This document shows, piece after piece, positions 1-9,337 of a DNA stretch of 64,000 bases; the first letter of the stretch is position 1, and every line of letters starts with the position of its first letter. The notes below the pieces were generated by a model. It did not search any database and had not been told where the DNA came from. It saw only the letters and a program-made list of their open reading frames with translations. The stretch lies in assembly GCA_965263035.1 (NCBI GenBank), contig OZ253580.1, positions 1,664,001 to 1,728,000 on the forward strand. Direction: 5' to 3'. Source of the DNA: Acidobacteriota bacterium (GTDB taxonomy: Bacteria; Acidobacteriota; UBA6911; RPQK01; JAJDTT01). The position numbers and the translations under genes were made by a program.

Positions 1-1063
1 CCTCTTCCAGCGGCATCCGGGATGAGGGAGGCGTGTATTCCCGGACAAAAACGGTGACCGGCGGTTCCTCCAGCACCCCGTTCTCCATTCCCTTGAGCCA
101 GTAGTCGAACCACTTCAGGTAGATGGGGCGGGTGTCGATGCGGGGCCCGGGGACGGCGTGTTTCTCTTCGCCGTACCAGTGTCCCCAGGGACCGACCAGC
201 GCCTTCTTGAAGGGGACTTCCAACCGATCGAAGGCACGCAGCAACGCGGTGGCGTAGACGTCCGACCAGCCCGCAACCACGAAGACCGGACACTTGACTC
301 GACCGTAGTCGGCGGACAGGGAGCGGTCCTGCCAGTAGGGCCCCTCCGTCGGGTGAGAGATGTAGCCGATCCCCCAGGGCCGGTTGTTCTCCAGCCGGTT
401 CTGCCAGATCTCGCTCCATCTCACACCGGCGATCTCGGGATCGGGAGGGGCGAAATTGAAAGCGGTCATATGGGGAGAATAGCTGTCGAACATGTAGGGG
501 CGAAGCACGCCCCCGGGATAGGTCCATTCGGTGTAGACGCTGTCGTTGGCCGAGCGCACGATGATGGTCTTGAGGTGGGGAGGATTCTGGACCGCGACCT
601 GCCACTGGACCACGCCGCTGTAGGATTTCCCCAGCATGCCCACGTTGCCGTTGCACCAGGGCTGGGCGGCGATCCACTCCACCATTTCGTAAGCGTCGCG
701 CCGTTCGTCGTCGGCATAGATGTCATGGCTCCACCCGCCGGAGTTCCCCGTGCCGCGCACGTCGAACTGCACCACCACGTAGCCCCGCTCCGCCAAATAG
801 GGAACGGCGGGTGGATACTCATCCCGGTAGTCCGGCAGGGGAGCTTTGACCCGCCGGTAGGGGTTGTATTCCATGATGGCCGGGAATCTTCCCTCCGCGT
901 CAGGCCGCGTGATTCTCACCGCCAACTCCACTCCGTCCCGCATGGGGACGTAACGGTGGATCAGCTTGACCTTGCCCTCGTAAACGGGCGGGGAGAGTTT
1001 TGCCTTAGATTGACCGAAGATCCCGGTAGAAAATCCAATAATCATGAGAACGAAATAAAGCAT
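1..1063 (-). CDS. CocE/NonD family alpha/beta hydrolase (peptidase S15-like), exported; 3' end runs off the window
   Basis: Missing from the ORF track because it is open to the edge. Manual translation from ATG 1063 gives MLYFVLMIIGFSTGIFGQSKA (signal peptide), VPMRDGVELA, DVRGTGNSGG, nucleophile GKSYSG, GPWGHW, WFDYWLKG; close paralogue of 2604..4682. Confidence 0.9.
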   Translation of the reverse strand, partial: MLYFVLMIIGFSTGIFGQSKAKLSPPVYEGKVKLIHRYVPMRDGVELAVRITRPDAEGRFPAIMEYNPYRRVKAPLPDYRDEYPPAVPYLAERGYVVVQFDVRGTGNSGGWSHDIYADDERRDAYEMVEWIAAQPWCNGNVGMLGKSYSGVVQWQVAVQNPPHLKTIIVRSANDSVYTEWTYPGGVLRPYMFDSYSPHMTAFNFAPPDPEIAGVRWSEIWQNRLENNRPWGIGYISHPTEGPYWQDRSLSADYGRVKCPVFVVAGWSDVYATALLRAFDRLEVPFKKALVGPWGHWYGEEKHAVPGPRIDTRPIYLKWFDYWLKGMENGVLEEPPVTVFVREYTPPSSRMPLEE

Positions 1064-1089
1064 AGCCGTCTATCGAATGAATCTTGTCT

Positions 1090-2412
1090 TCAGCCGTTGC
1101 TCCAGTCGTACCGCCGACGGTTCTTCCACTGGCCTTCAGTATAGTCGGGCACCTCCTGCGTGGCCCCGTTCTCACGGACGGATTTCGCCGAGAGCGGGAT
1201 GAGGGAACTCCAGGTGACGGCGTCATAGACGTCGATTCCCGGGGTCTTGTCTTCCATCAGGCACTTGTAGAAATGTTCGATCACGAAATAGTCGCCTCCG
1301 CCATGTCCGGTCCGCAATGCCGCTTTCCCGTGCCGGGTCCAGAAGGGGTGATCGTAACGGTCGTGGTAGTCCGAGACGGACTCCCAATCCTTCGACTTTC
1401 CATCCACGAACATCCCCGCTTCGTCGTCGTATGAGGCTTTGGTGCCCTGAAGCGTGTAGAAATCCATGTGGTGCGGCCGCGGGGAACAGATGTCGAAGCG
1501 GAGAAAGATTACGGCTCCGCTCTCGGTCCGAATCAGGCTGACGGTGTTGTCCCCGTTCCAGGTCGCCGTGGCCCCCGGGGTGTCGGGACCAAATCGCTCG
1601 ATGGCATATTCCCGAAAACTGTGGGCCGGAGTCATCATGGTCACGCATTGCCGGAGCTGGTCTCCCCGGGGGATTCCGAACCACATGGACGTGGGTCCGA
1701 GGGCATGGGTCGGATAGGTGTTTCCGATCAGATCCGTCCGGCTGTTGAGCGATCCGCGCCAGTTCAGCGAGCCGTCCGGATTGAACTGCAGGTTCCGAGC
1801 CTCGTGGATATAGCCGCACTCGGCGAAGGTGAGCGTTCCGAAGACCCCCTGCTCCACCGCGTTCAGGATCATCATGTTGGTGCGGAGGAAGCAGAGGTTC
1901 TCTGCCATGAAGTATTTGGCGTCGGTCTCCTGAGCCGCCCGCACCAGGTCCCAACCCTCTTCGATGGTGTTGCAAGCCGGCACCTCGCTGAAGACATGCT
2001 TGTGCGCCCGCAAGCTGTCGATGGCCATGGGACCGTGCCACCAGGTGGGCGTGGTGATGAACACGGCGTCGACGTCGTCGCGCTCGAGCAAGCGCTTGTA
2101 GTCGTTGGGGCCCCCGGTGTAGGTGTCCGGCTTGTACCCGAGCTTCTCCTGCACCATCTTCGCTCCCCGCTGAGCCGCCTCTTCACGGAAGTCGCACAGC
2201 GCCGGAACGTCGACGTTGAACCGGTCGAGAGACGCCTTGAGGAAGAGCCTGCCCCGGTTTCCAACGCCGATGATGGCGATCTTGAACTTCTTCGACCCAT
2301 GTTTGCTGGACAGGGCGGCCGGCGCTCCCGCGAGCGCGGCGGGAGCCAGGGACGACGCCAATGCGGTGCCACTCCCGGTCTGTACGAATTCCCGGCGGTT
2401 CAATTTCTTCAT
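1090..2412 (-). CDS. Gfo/Idh/MocA oxidoreductase, GH109-like NAD-dependent glycoside hydrolase with Tat signal
   Basis: Start moved to ATG 2412 (MKKLNRREFV twin-arginine); IIGVGNRG Rossmann motif, SEVP, MAENLCF, YPTHALGP and GHGGGD motifs resembling GH109. Confidence 0.85.
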   Translation of the reverse strand: MKKLNRREFVQTGSGTALASSLAPAALAGAPAALSSKHGSKKFKIAIIGVGNRGRLFLKASLDRFNVDVPALCDFREEAAQRGAKMVQEKLGYKPDTYTGGPNDYKRLLERDDVDAVFITTPTWWHGPMAIDSLRAHKHVFSEVPACNTIEEGWDLVRAAQETDAKYFMAENLCFLRTNMMILNAVEQGVFGTLTFAECGYIHEARNLQFNPDGSLNWRGSLNSRTDLIGNTYPTHALGPTSMWFGIPRGDQLRQCVTMMTPAHSFREYAIERFGPDTPGATATWNGDNTVSLIRTESGAVIFLRFDICSPRPHHMDFYTLQGTKASYDDEAGMFVDGKSKDWESVSDYHDRYDHPFWTRHGKAALRTGHGGGDYFVIEHFYKCLMEDKTPGIDVYDAVTWSSLIPLSAKSVRENGATQEVPDYTEGQWKNRRRYDWSNG

Positions 2413-2449
2413 TGCGGATGACCTTCTATCTGTTGGGGTGAAGATTCCG

Positions 2450-2546
2450 GTAGGAGGGGGGACAGTCTTGTCCCCCACACACGTAGGAGGGGACAGTCTT
2501 GTCCCCCACGCGCCAAGAATCGGGGGTTAAAAACCCCCGCTCCCAT
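2450..2546. repeat. REP/REPIN-like hairpin cluster with a tandemly duplicated unit
   Basis: GTAGGAGGGG(GG)ACAGTCTTGTCCCCCAC twice, followed by an opposing unit CGGGGGTTAAAAACCCCCGCTCCCAT. Confidence 0.75.
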
Positions 2547-2603
2547 CTCGACCCGTCCGATTTCTTCGATCTCCTGATCGTCACAGGCAACGTTCGCTTT
2601 CGT

Positions 2604-4682
2604 CTAATTCAACTGCCTGGGGACCGTGATCGACCAGCTCTTGTTGAAATGCCGGGCTCCGTTGACGGTGACCTCCACTTCCGCCACATAGCGGAACGAG
2701 GTCTCGTTACTTGTGGTCAGCTCATTGGCTGTCACTTGAATCTTCGACTCCGGACGATCCACGGTATAGACCGCCTTGGCCTTGACCGTGGCCCGCGCCG
2801 GATTCTCCGACGAAACCGTGAACCGGGAATCCAAGAGGAGACTGCCTCTCGCCACGTGGATCCGGAGCGTGGTGGTGTTGTTCACAAGATCGCGGGTAAT
2901 CGAGTACTCCTTGGGCTGGGACAGGTCGTCGGGGTCGGCATTGGGAAGACGCTTCAGTCCGGGCTCGGGCAGCTTCGGGTTCTGAGCGGGCACCACCGGA
3001 AGCACGAGATGGGACGGACGCTGGCGGTTTCGGTGCAGCGTGATCTCCGCCGGCTTGGGCGTCGGCCACGCGTTCGGCATGTCGGCACTGGCGATGGCGA
3101 CCCGGACCCGGTGCCCTTTCGCAAACACGTAGGACATGGCCTTCAGATCGAACTTCAATTCGTGGACGGCACCCGTTTCCAGCGGTTCCGGACTGGAGTG
3201 GGAGTTCCGATGAGTGGCGTTCAGTCCCCCATAGCGAACCAGCTTGGCCGTTTCGTCCGGTGCGACGTCGATCAGCTTGACCCGAAAATAAGCCACGTCC
3301 GCAGTCGAGGAGACGTGGAGCACCGCGGTGGGATTCCCGGTGACCTCCAGGTCCTCTTCCAACGGCGCGGACGTGTAGACGAGGGAGTGCGCCTGGTCCA
3401 GACGCTGATCCACCGGCATCCCCCAGGGATTGATGCTCCCCCCGGCATGGATGCCCGAGGTGATGCCGACGGCCGGGTCGTATTCATAGCTGTCGGATGC
3501 CGATTCCAATGCTGCCGGCCGTTCCCCGCTGAGCCGGCCACCCTCGTGAAAGTACATCGGTGTGGATTGCATTCTCGGAACGGGCCAATCCATCTCGGAT
3601 TGCCAGAAGCCCGGCTCTTCCAGATACATCCGCGCCGAAGGCTTCTTGTATTGCCGCTTGAAGAGGGTCACGGGCGGTTCGTCCATCACCCCGTTGTCGA
3701 TTCCCTTGAGCCAGTAGTCGAACCACTTCTGATACTCCAGGCGCCCGTCGATCCGGGGTCCGGGAACGGTATTGTGGACTTCCGGCCACCAGTGTCCCCA
3801 GGGACCGACGAGAGCCCGCTTGGGAACTTTCAACTTGGAGAACGCTCGGAGCAGGGCGGTCGAGTACCAGTCGGCCCAGCCTCCGATCACGAACACGGCA
3901 CTCTGGACTCGATCATAGTCGGGCGCCAGGGATTGGCCGCGCCAGTACGGACCGTCCAGCATGTGTTTGATGAAGCCGTAGCCCCAGGGCCGGTTGTTCT
4001 GGAGATGCTCCTCCCAGATCTCGCTCCACTTGGCCCCGACCAGATCCGGGTCCGGGGGAGCGAAGTTCATGGCGGTCATCTGGGGCGCGTACCGCCACAT
4101 GACGAAGGGCCGGAGCACCCCGCCCGGGTAGATGAACTCGGTGTAGTTGTCGTCGTTTCCGGAGCGGACGATGATGGCCTTCAGGTGCGGAGGCGCCTGC
4201 TTCGCCACGTGCCACTGCACCACACCCCCGTAGGAAATGCCCATCATCCCGACCTTCTCGTTGCACCAGGGTTGGGCCGCGATCCACTCCACCATGTCGT
4301 AGCCGTCCCGCTGCTCGGCCGGGTTGTAAAAGTCCCGGGTGAAACCGCCGGAGTTGCCGGTCCCCCGGGTGTCGTACTGAACGATGGCGTAGCCCTGGCC
4401 CGCCAGGTAGAGCATGGGCTGGAAAGGCCACGGTTCTTCGTCGAAGTCGAGAGGTCCCTTCTTCAGGAAACGGTAGGGGTAGTAGATCATGACGGCCGGA
4501 AACCGGCCTTCGACGTCCGGACGAATGATGCGGGTCGCCAGCTCCACGCCGTCCCGCATGGCGACGCGCTCGTAGGTCACTTCGAGCTTGTCGCCGTAGG
4601 GTGTCCCGGCCATGGGGTCGCCGGACGGTTCGGCGGAAAGGCTCACGGAAACGAGGGTAGCGAAGAGCAAGAGAAAGAACAT
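2604..4682 (-). CDS. CocE/NonD family hydrolase, exported, with C-terminal extension
   Basis: Signal peptide, MRDGVELA, YYPY, GISYGG, GGWAD, GPWGH, jelly-roll C-domain (LEVTG, KLIDV, GHRVRV). Confidence 0.92.
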   Translation of the reverse strand: MFFLLLFATLVSVSLSAEPSGDPMAGTPYGDKLEVTYERVAMRDGVELATRIIRPDVEGRFPAVMIYYPYRFLKKGPLDFDEEPWPFQPMLYLAGQGYAIVQYDTRGTGNSGGFTRDFYNPAEQRDGYDMVEWIAAQPWCNEKVGMMGISYGGVVQWHVAKQAPPHLKAIIVRSGNDDNYTEFIYPGGVLRPFVMWRYAPQMTAMNFAPPDPDLVGAKWSEIWEEHLQNNRPWGYGFIKHMLDGPYWRGQSLAPDYDRVQSAVFVIGGWADWYSTALLRAFSKLKVPKRALVGPWGHWWPEVHNTVPGPRIDGRLEYQKWFDYWLKGIDNGVMDEPPVTLFKRQYKKPSARMYLEEPGFWQSEMDWPVPRMQSTPMYFHEGGRLSGERPAALESASDSYEYDPAVGITSGIHAGGSINPWGMPVDQRLDQAHSLVYTSAPLEEDLEVTGNPTAVLHVSSTADVAYFRVKLIDVAPDETAKLVRYGGLNATHRNSHSSPEPLETGAVHELKFDLKAMSYVFAKGHRVRVAIASADMPNAWPTPKPAEITLHRNRQRPSHLVLPVVPAQNPKLPEPGLKRLPNADPDDLSQPKEYSITRDLVNNTTTLRIHVARGSLLLDSRFTVSSENPARATVKAKAVYTVDRPESKIQVTANELTTSNETSFRYVAEVEVTVNGARHFNKSWSITVPRQLN

Positions 4683-4779
4683 CTCGGCACCCCTCCGTAA
4701 ACGGATGGCTTGAAGGGTCTCGACCAGAGGAAAAAAGATCTCGCGAGTCTATGCCCTGCCCCGACGCCGGTCAACCCGC

Positions 4780-4862
4780 CAGGAGCGGCGGTTTCCAACC
4801 GCCGAACTCCCAAGCCGAACTCCCAATGGGGAATGGGGGACAAGGATGTCTCCCCTCCTATA
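4780..4862. repeat. REP/REPIN-like hairpin pair
   Basis: GGAGCGGCGGTTTCCAACCGCCG...GGGGGACAAGGATGTCTCCCCTCCTA; near-identical to 9189..9264; internal 13-bp tandem GCCGAACTCCCAA. Confidence 0.75.
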
Positions 4863-4905
4863 TTCGCGGTATTGGAGGGTATTCTGATTGAGCGGGAGGT
4901 CTTAA

Positions 4906-5064
4906 CAGCCCGTGGCAAAAGTCGTCACGGCATTCGACCGTCCCTGCATCGTGCGCGGACTGCGTTGCTATCGGCTCACATACTCCCGGTATGCTCCCTC
5001 ATCGCGCCTTGTCCGGCGGGCGCAGGAACGGTCTCGGTGCTCGCGCGACTTTCACCACGGACTG
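4906..5064. mobile_element. MITE family A (159 bp) flanked by TTAA
   Basis: Terminal inverted repeats CAGCCCGTGGCAAAAGTCG / CGACTTTCACCACGGACTG (16 of 19 match), TTAA at 4902-4905 and 5065-5068; diverged inverted copy at 44579..44737. Confidence 0.8.
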
Positions 5065-6549
5065 TTAAGCGAGAACCTCCCGGATGACCCGTCCGTGAAC
5101 GTCCGTCAGACGGCGGTCGATGCCGTTGTGCCGGAAGGTCAATTTCTCGTGATCGATGCCGAGCCGTTCCAGAACTGTGGCATGCAGGTCATAGCAGTAG
5201 ATGGGATTTTCCGCGGCTCTGTAGGACCATTCATCGCTGGTTCCGTAGGTCACGCCGCCTTTCACACCGCCACCTGCGAGCCAACTGGTGAAGGTGAACG
5301 GGTTATGGTCCCGCCCTCTGCTCCCCTGACTGCAGGGCATACGGCCGAACTCGGTCGTCCAATAGACGATGGTGTCCTCCAGCAAGCCGCGAGACTTGAG
5401 GTCTTTGATCAGCGCGGCGGCCGGCCGATCCATCTCCGCGGCCATGTCTCCATGATCCTTTTCGATATTTTCGTGACTGTCCCAATTCCTTCTCGGGAAG
5501 CCGTTATCAGCCCCGCTCCATACCTGAACAAAGCGGACGCCCCTTTCGAGAAGCCGGCGCGCGACCAGGCACCGGGTCCCGAAATCCCGGGTGGCCGGCT
5601 CATCCACTCCGTACAGTTTCCGAGTGATTGCGGACTCTCCCGAGACGTCCATGACTTCGGGGGCGCTGAGCTGGAGCTTGGCGGCCATCTCGTAAGAACG
5701 GATGCGCGCTTCGAGTCGCGAGTCGGCGCCCCGCTCCTCCTGGTGAGCGCGGTTCAGTTTCTGTAGCACCTCAAGAGTGTCTGCCTCGCCCGAAGCGGTG
5801 ATGTATTGCGCGGATTCCGGCGGAAAAAGGTCGTGGATGGGATTGGGGCGTCCCACGCGAATCATGGTCCCCTGATGCGATGCGGGCAGAAAACCGGCCG
5901 CCCAGTTGCCCGGACCGTTGGGTGGGAATCCGCGCACGTCCGGGAGCACGACGAAGGTCGGCAGATTGTCGTTCATGCTGCCCAGCCCATAAGACAGCCA
6001 GGCCCCCATGCTGGGGAATCCCGGAAGCACGAAACCGGTGTTCTGCATGAACGTAGCGGGGCCATGCACGTTCGATGTGGAAATCATCGAATGGAAGAAG
6101 GCAATCTCATCGACGCAAGTCGCCAGTTGGGGCACCAGACTGCTGACCCATTTGCCGCATTCTCCATTCCGCTTCCAGTCCCAGGGACTCTTCATGACCG
6201 GACCCGGTTCGCTTTGAAACAGCTCGACCTTTTCGCCGGGATCGAACTTCTCCCCGCTCCTCGTGATCAATTCCGGCTTGTAATCGAAGGTGTCCACTTG
6301 GCTGGCCGCACCCGACATGAACAGCTGAACCACCCGCTTGGCCTTGGCGCGGTGGTGCAGGCCGCCGTTGAGCTCAGGGAGGGACCTGGCCGCAGAGGTT
6401 CTGGTCAGCAGGTGCGCCAGCGCGATCCCGCCGAGTCCGCCGCCCCATTTCCACAGCACTTCCCGACGACTGACAGTCGGGAGAACGGCGGGTTCGCGGC
6501 CGAGGGGCGACTGCTGGGATCTACAACGGTGCGTGCCGTCACTTCTCAT
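5065..6549 (-). CDS. DUF1501 domain protein (Tat-exported, sulfatase-like fold)
   Basis: SRREVL...GGGLGGIAL Tat signal, AKRVVQLFMSGAASQVDTFDYKP, PSMGAWLSYGLG, RRLLERGVRFVQ, WDSH, EFGRMP, GRDH, LTDVHG. Confidence 0.92.
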   Translation of the reverse strand: MRSDGTHRCRSQQSPLGREPAVLPTVSRREVLWKWGGGLGGIALAHLLTRTSAARSLPELNGGLHHRAKAKRVVQLFMSGAASQVDTFDYKPELITRSGEKFDPGEKVELFQSEPGPVMKSPWDWKRNGECGKWVSSLVPQLATCVDEIAFFHSMISTSNVHGPATFMQNTGFVLPGFPSMGAWLSYGLGSMNDNLPTFVVLPDVRGFPPNGPGNWAAGFLPASHQGTMIRVGRPNPIHDLFPPESAQYITASGEADTLEVLQKLNRAHQEERGADSRLEARIRSYEMAAKLQLSAPEVMDVSGESAITRKLYGVDEPATRDFGTRCLVARRLLERGVRFVQVWSGADNGFPRRNWDSHENIEKDHGDMAAEMDRPAAALIKDLKSRGLLEDTIVYWTTEFGRMPCSQGSRGRDHNPFTFTSWLAGGGVKGGVTYGTSDEWSYRAAENPIYCYDLHATVLERLGIDHEKLTFRHNGIDRRLTDVHGRVIREVLA

Positions 6550-6567
6550 TTGGGTTCTTCCGCCCTT

Positions 6568-9113
6568 TCAATCCACAAACATGAACTCGTTGCTGTTGAA
6601 AATCAGTCGGCAGAGGTTCTCGAGCCCGTGCGTCCGGGCATAGGCGGCGAGCATCCGGGACTCGTCGGTACGGGGCACTCGGCCAAGCGCCAAAAGGTAG
6701 GCTTCCTGGATCTGATTCGGTAAATCGTTACCGGCCTTCCGCAGCCGGGCGGCGAAGTGCTCCGCCTGCTTCACGATGAGCGGATCATTGAGCAGCGCCA
6801 GTGCCTGGATGGCCGTGAGAGTACTGTTTCGTTTGGGAGTCAGCAGCGAGGGATCCGGGCAGTCGAGACTCTCCATGAAAGGGTCTGGGGTGCTGCGCAC
6901 GAGAAAGCGATAGCTGCTTCTCCGATAACTCGCGGGACTATCGAGATCGAACCGGGTGTAATCGTAGACCGGAGAGTGATCGTCCTTGAAGAAGAACTGC
7001 TCCACCGAGGGCCCGCCATGTTCAGGTCGAGCTTGCCGGTGATGGACAGAACCGAGTCGCGCACGGACTCGGCGTCAAGACGCAAACGGTTCATGCGCCA
7101 CAGATACCGGTTGTCGGAGTCGATCTTGGCGTACCGGGGATTCTCGCGGGACGATTGACGGTAGACGGCACTGGTGAGGATCAATCGGTGAAGATTCTTG
7201 AAAGAACCGCCGTTGTCTTGGAACTCCACAGCGAGCCGGTCCAGTAGCTGCGGGTGCGTGGGCTGCGAGCCCATTCGTCCGAAGTCGTTCGGCGTTTCCA
7301 CGATCCCTTTGCCGAAGTGATAGTGCCAAATGCGGTTGACGATGGAACGCCAGGTCAGGGGATTGCGCGCATCGATGATCCATTTCGACAGAGCAGCACG
7401 GCGTGCGCCTTCATCGTTCGGATCGTCGATCTTGAACCGGGAGGACAGGCTTTCGACCGCCGAGACGGCTCCCGGCCCCATCAGCTTGACGGGAGCTTCC
7501 ACGCTGCCGCGATCCAGCAGGTGGACCGGGCGTGGAGTCCAGGCGGGACGGAAATTACCGTTGGTTTCGAAATAGTTGGCCGCAGCATAGACGATGCGGG
7601 GCTTGGGAAATTCGGCCAGTGTCTCCTGCACCCGGACGAGCTGATCCCGTAGTGCCGCCAGTTTCCTCTGGTCGGCCTCGTCGAGCAATGCGTGGGTCAT
7701 CTTCCGGCGACGTTCTTTGGCCTTGTGGAGTTTTTCGTCTGCGGCCTGGATCTGCTCGTCGAGCACCTTGTTTTTGGCACGTTCTGCCGTCGTCTTTCCG
7801 GCTGTTTTGGAATGGTTCAGGTAGTCTCGCCGGTCCTGCAGCAGGTCCATCTGTTCGTCGAGAGCTTCGATTTCAGGGCTTGAAAGCTTGGCGAGGGCGT
7901 CTGAGACGGGTTGGATGCCGGCTTCGATGTCGCGCTTCTGCTTGAGCACCCCTCGACGCTGCCGGTACGTTTCGGGGTCCAGGTCATAAGGGCGGTCAGC
8001 GCGGTCCACCCCCGCGAACACGGCCTGCAAGCTGTAGTAGTCCTCGTGCCGGATGGGGTCGAACTTGTGGTCGTGGCAGCGGGCGCAATGGGCGGTCAAG
8101 CTCACGAACGTGGACATGGTCGCCGTCACCATGTCATCGCGGTCCAGGAGCCTCGCGATTTTCTTGTCCTTGGTGCCCTCGCGCAGTTCCTTGTGTCCTA
8201 CCTAGTCCCAGGGGCCGGCGGCGATGAACCCGGTGGCCACCACGCCCAGCGGATCATCGGGAAAGAGGACGTCACCTGCCAGTTGCTCTTCGACGAACCG
8301 GGAATAGGACTTGTCTTCATTCAACGACCGAATCACGTAATCGCGATAGGGCCAGGCATTGCGGCGTGGTTTGTCTTTGTCGTAGCCGTGCGATTCGCCG
8401 TAGTGGACGACATCCAGCCAGTGTCTTCCCCAGCGCTCGCCGTAGCGCGGTGAGCCCAGCAGGCGCTCGACCAGCTTTTCGTACGCATCGGCCGAAGGGT
8501 CGTTGACGAAAGCGTCAATCTCGTCGGGAGTGGGCGGCAGACCGTGGAGATTGTAGCTGAGCCGGCGGATCAAGGTCCGCCGATCCGCTTCGGGGGAGGG
8601 AGCGAGTCCCTGCTTCTTCAACCTGGACAGGATGAATGAGTCGATGGGAGTCCGTATCCAGTTCGAGTCTTCCTCCGGCAAAGGGGGGCGCTCCAGCGGC
8701 CGCAGCGACCACCACTTGTGGCTTTCCGTTCCCCGAGCTGCAGGAGTATCGTCCTTGGCGCCCTCAGCAATCCAGCGGGAGATCAGTTCCACCTTGATTG
8801 CATCGAGGGGGTCGCCGACTTGCGGCATGGCAGGCGGCTCACCGCTGATCTGTCGGATCAGCAGACTCTCTTCGGGACTTCCCGGCACCACGACGGGGCC
8901 GCTCCTGCCCCCATCTTGCAGATCCCTGTAGCTGGCCAGCGACAGGCTGGCCTGTCCCCCTTCGGCTGCGTGGCACGTTCGACAGCGTTGCTCCAAGATG
9001 GGCCGCACCTGCCTGTGAAAGCTGACCGGCGACTGCGCGGGTGCCATCTCGACGGTGAGAATCCAGATTCCAGCCAGTGACAACGAATGATGCAGTGTGC
9101 CCCGAACGCGCAT
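6568..9113 (-). pseudogene. Planctomycete cytochrome c / DUF1549 / DUF1553 (PSD1) protein, interrupted by an in-frame TAG and a frameshift
   Basis: Three ORF pieces (8202..9113, 6840..8132, 6568..7005). CRTCH, SPRYGERWGRHWLDV, CARCHDHKFDP, HPQLLDRLA, QALALLN. TAG at 8202-8204 lies within AGPWD*VGHKELREGT; a 1-nt loss near 7017 breaks M-G-G-P-S-V-E-Q-F. Confidence 0.85.
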
Positions 9114-9188
9114 CTCCTAGTCCCGGGATCAATCAAGGATTGTTTCCTGATTATGCTCTATAAGACCTTGGTCAATAAAGACGCCCGT

Positions 9189-9264
9189 CAGGGGCGGCGG
9201 TTTCCAACCGCCGCACTCCCAATGGGGAAGGGGAATGGGGGACAGGGATGTCCCCCCTCCTATT
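9189..9264. repeat. REP/REPIN-like hairpin pair
   Basis: GGGGCGGCGGTTTCCAACCGCCG...GGGGGGACAGGGATGTCCCCCCTCCTA. Confidence 0.75.
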
Positions 9265-9337
9265 CGCGTTGCGCCGGGAAGCCTGCTAGCATTCCTGCAA
9301 ACGACGAACCTGACTTTCTCGCCGGGTCGCTGATTGC

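Noticed and set aside
158-1144. Long antisense ORFs (e.g. 158..1144, 2499..4700, 19374..21659, 27019..30066, 33766..35877, 49691..51508)
   Set aside because: Shadow frames opposite motif-rich genes, expected from high GC3; no family motifs.
8202-8204. Amber recoding (pyrrolysine or alternative genetic code)
   Set aside because: TAG terminates several intact genes here (13106, 21923, 26701, 48223, 63356), no pyl genes are visible, and the same gene also has a frameshift.
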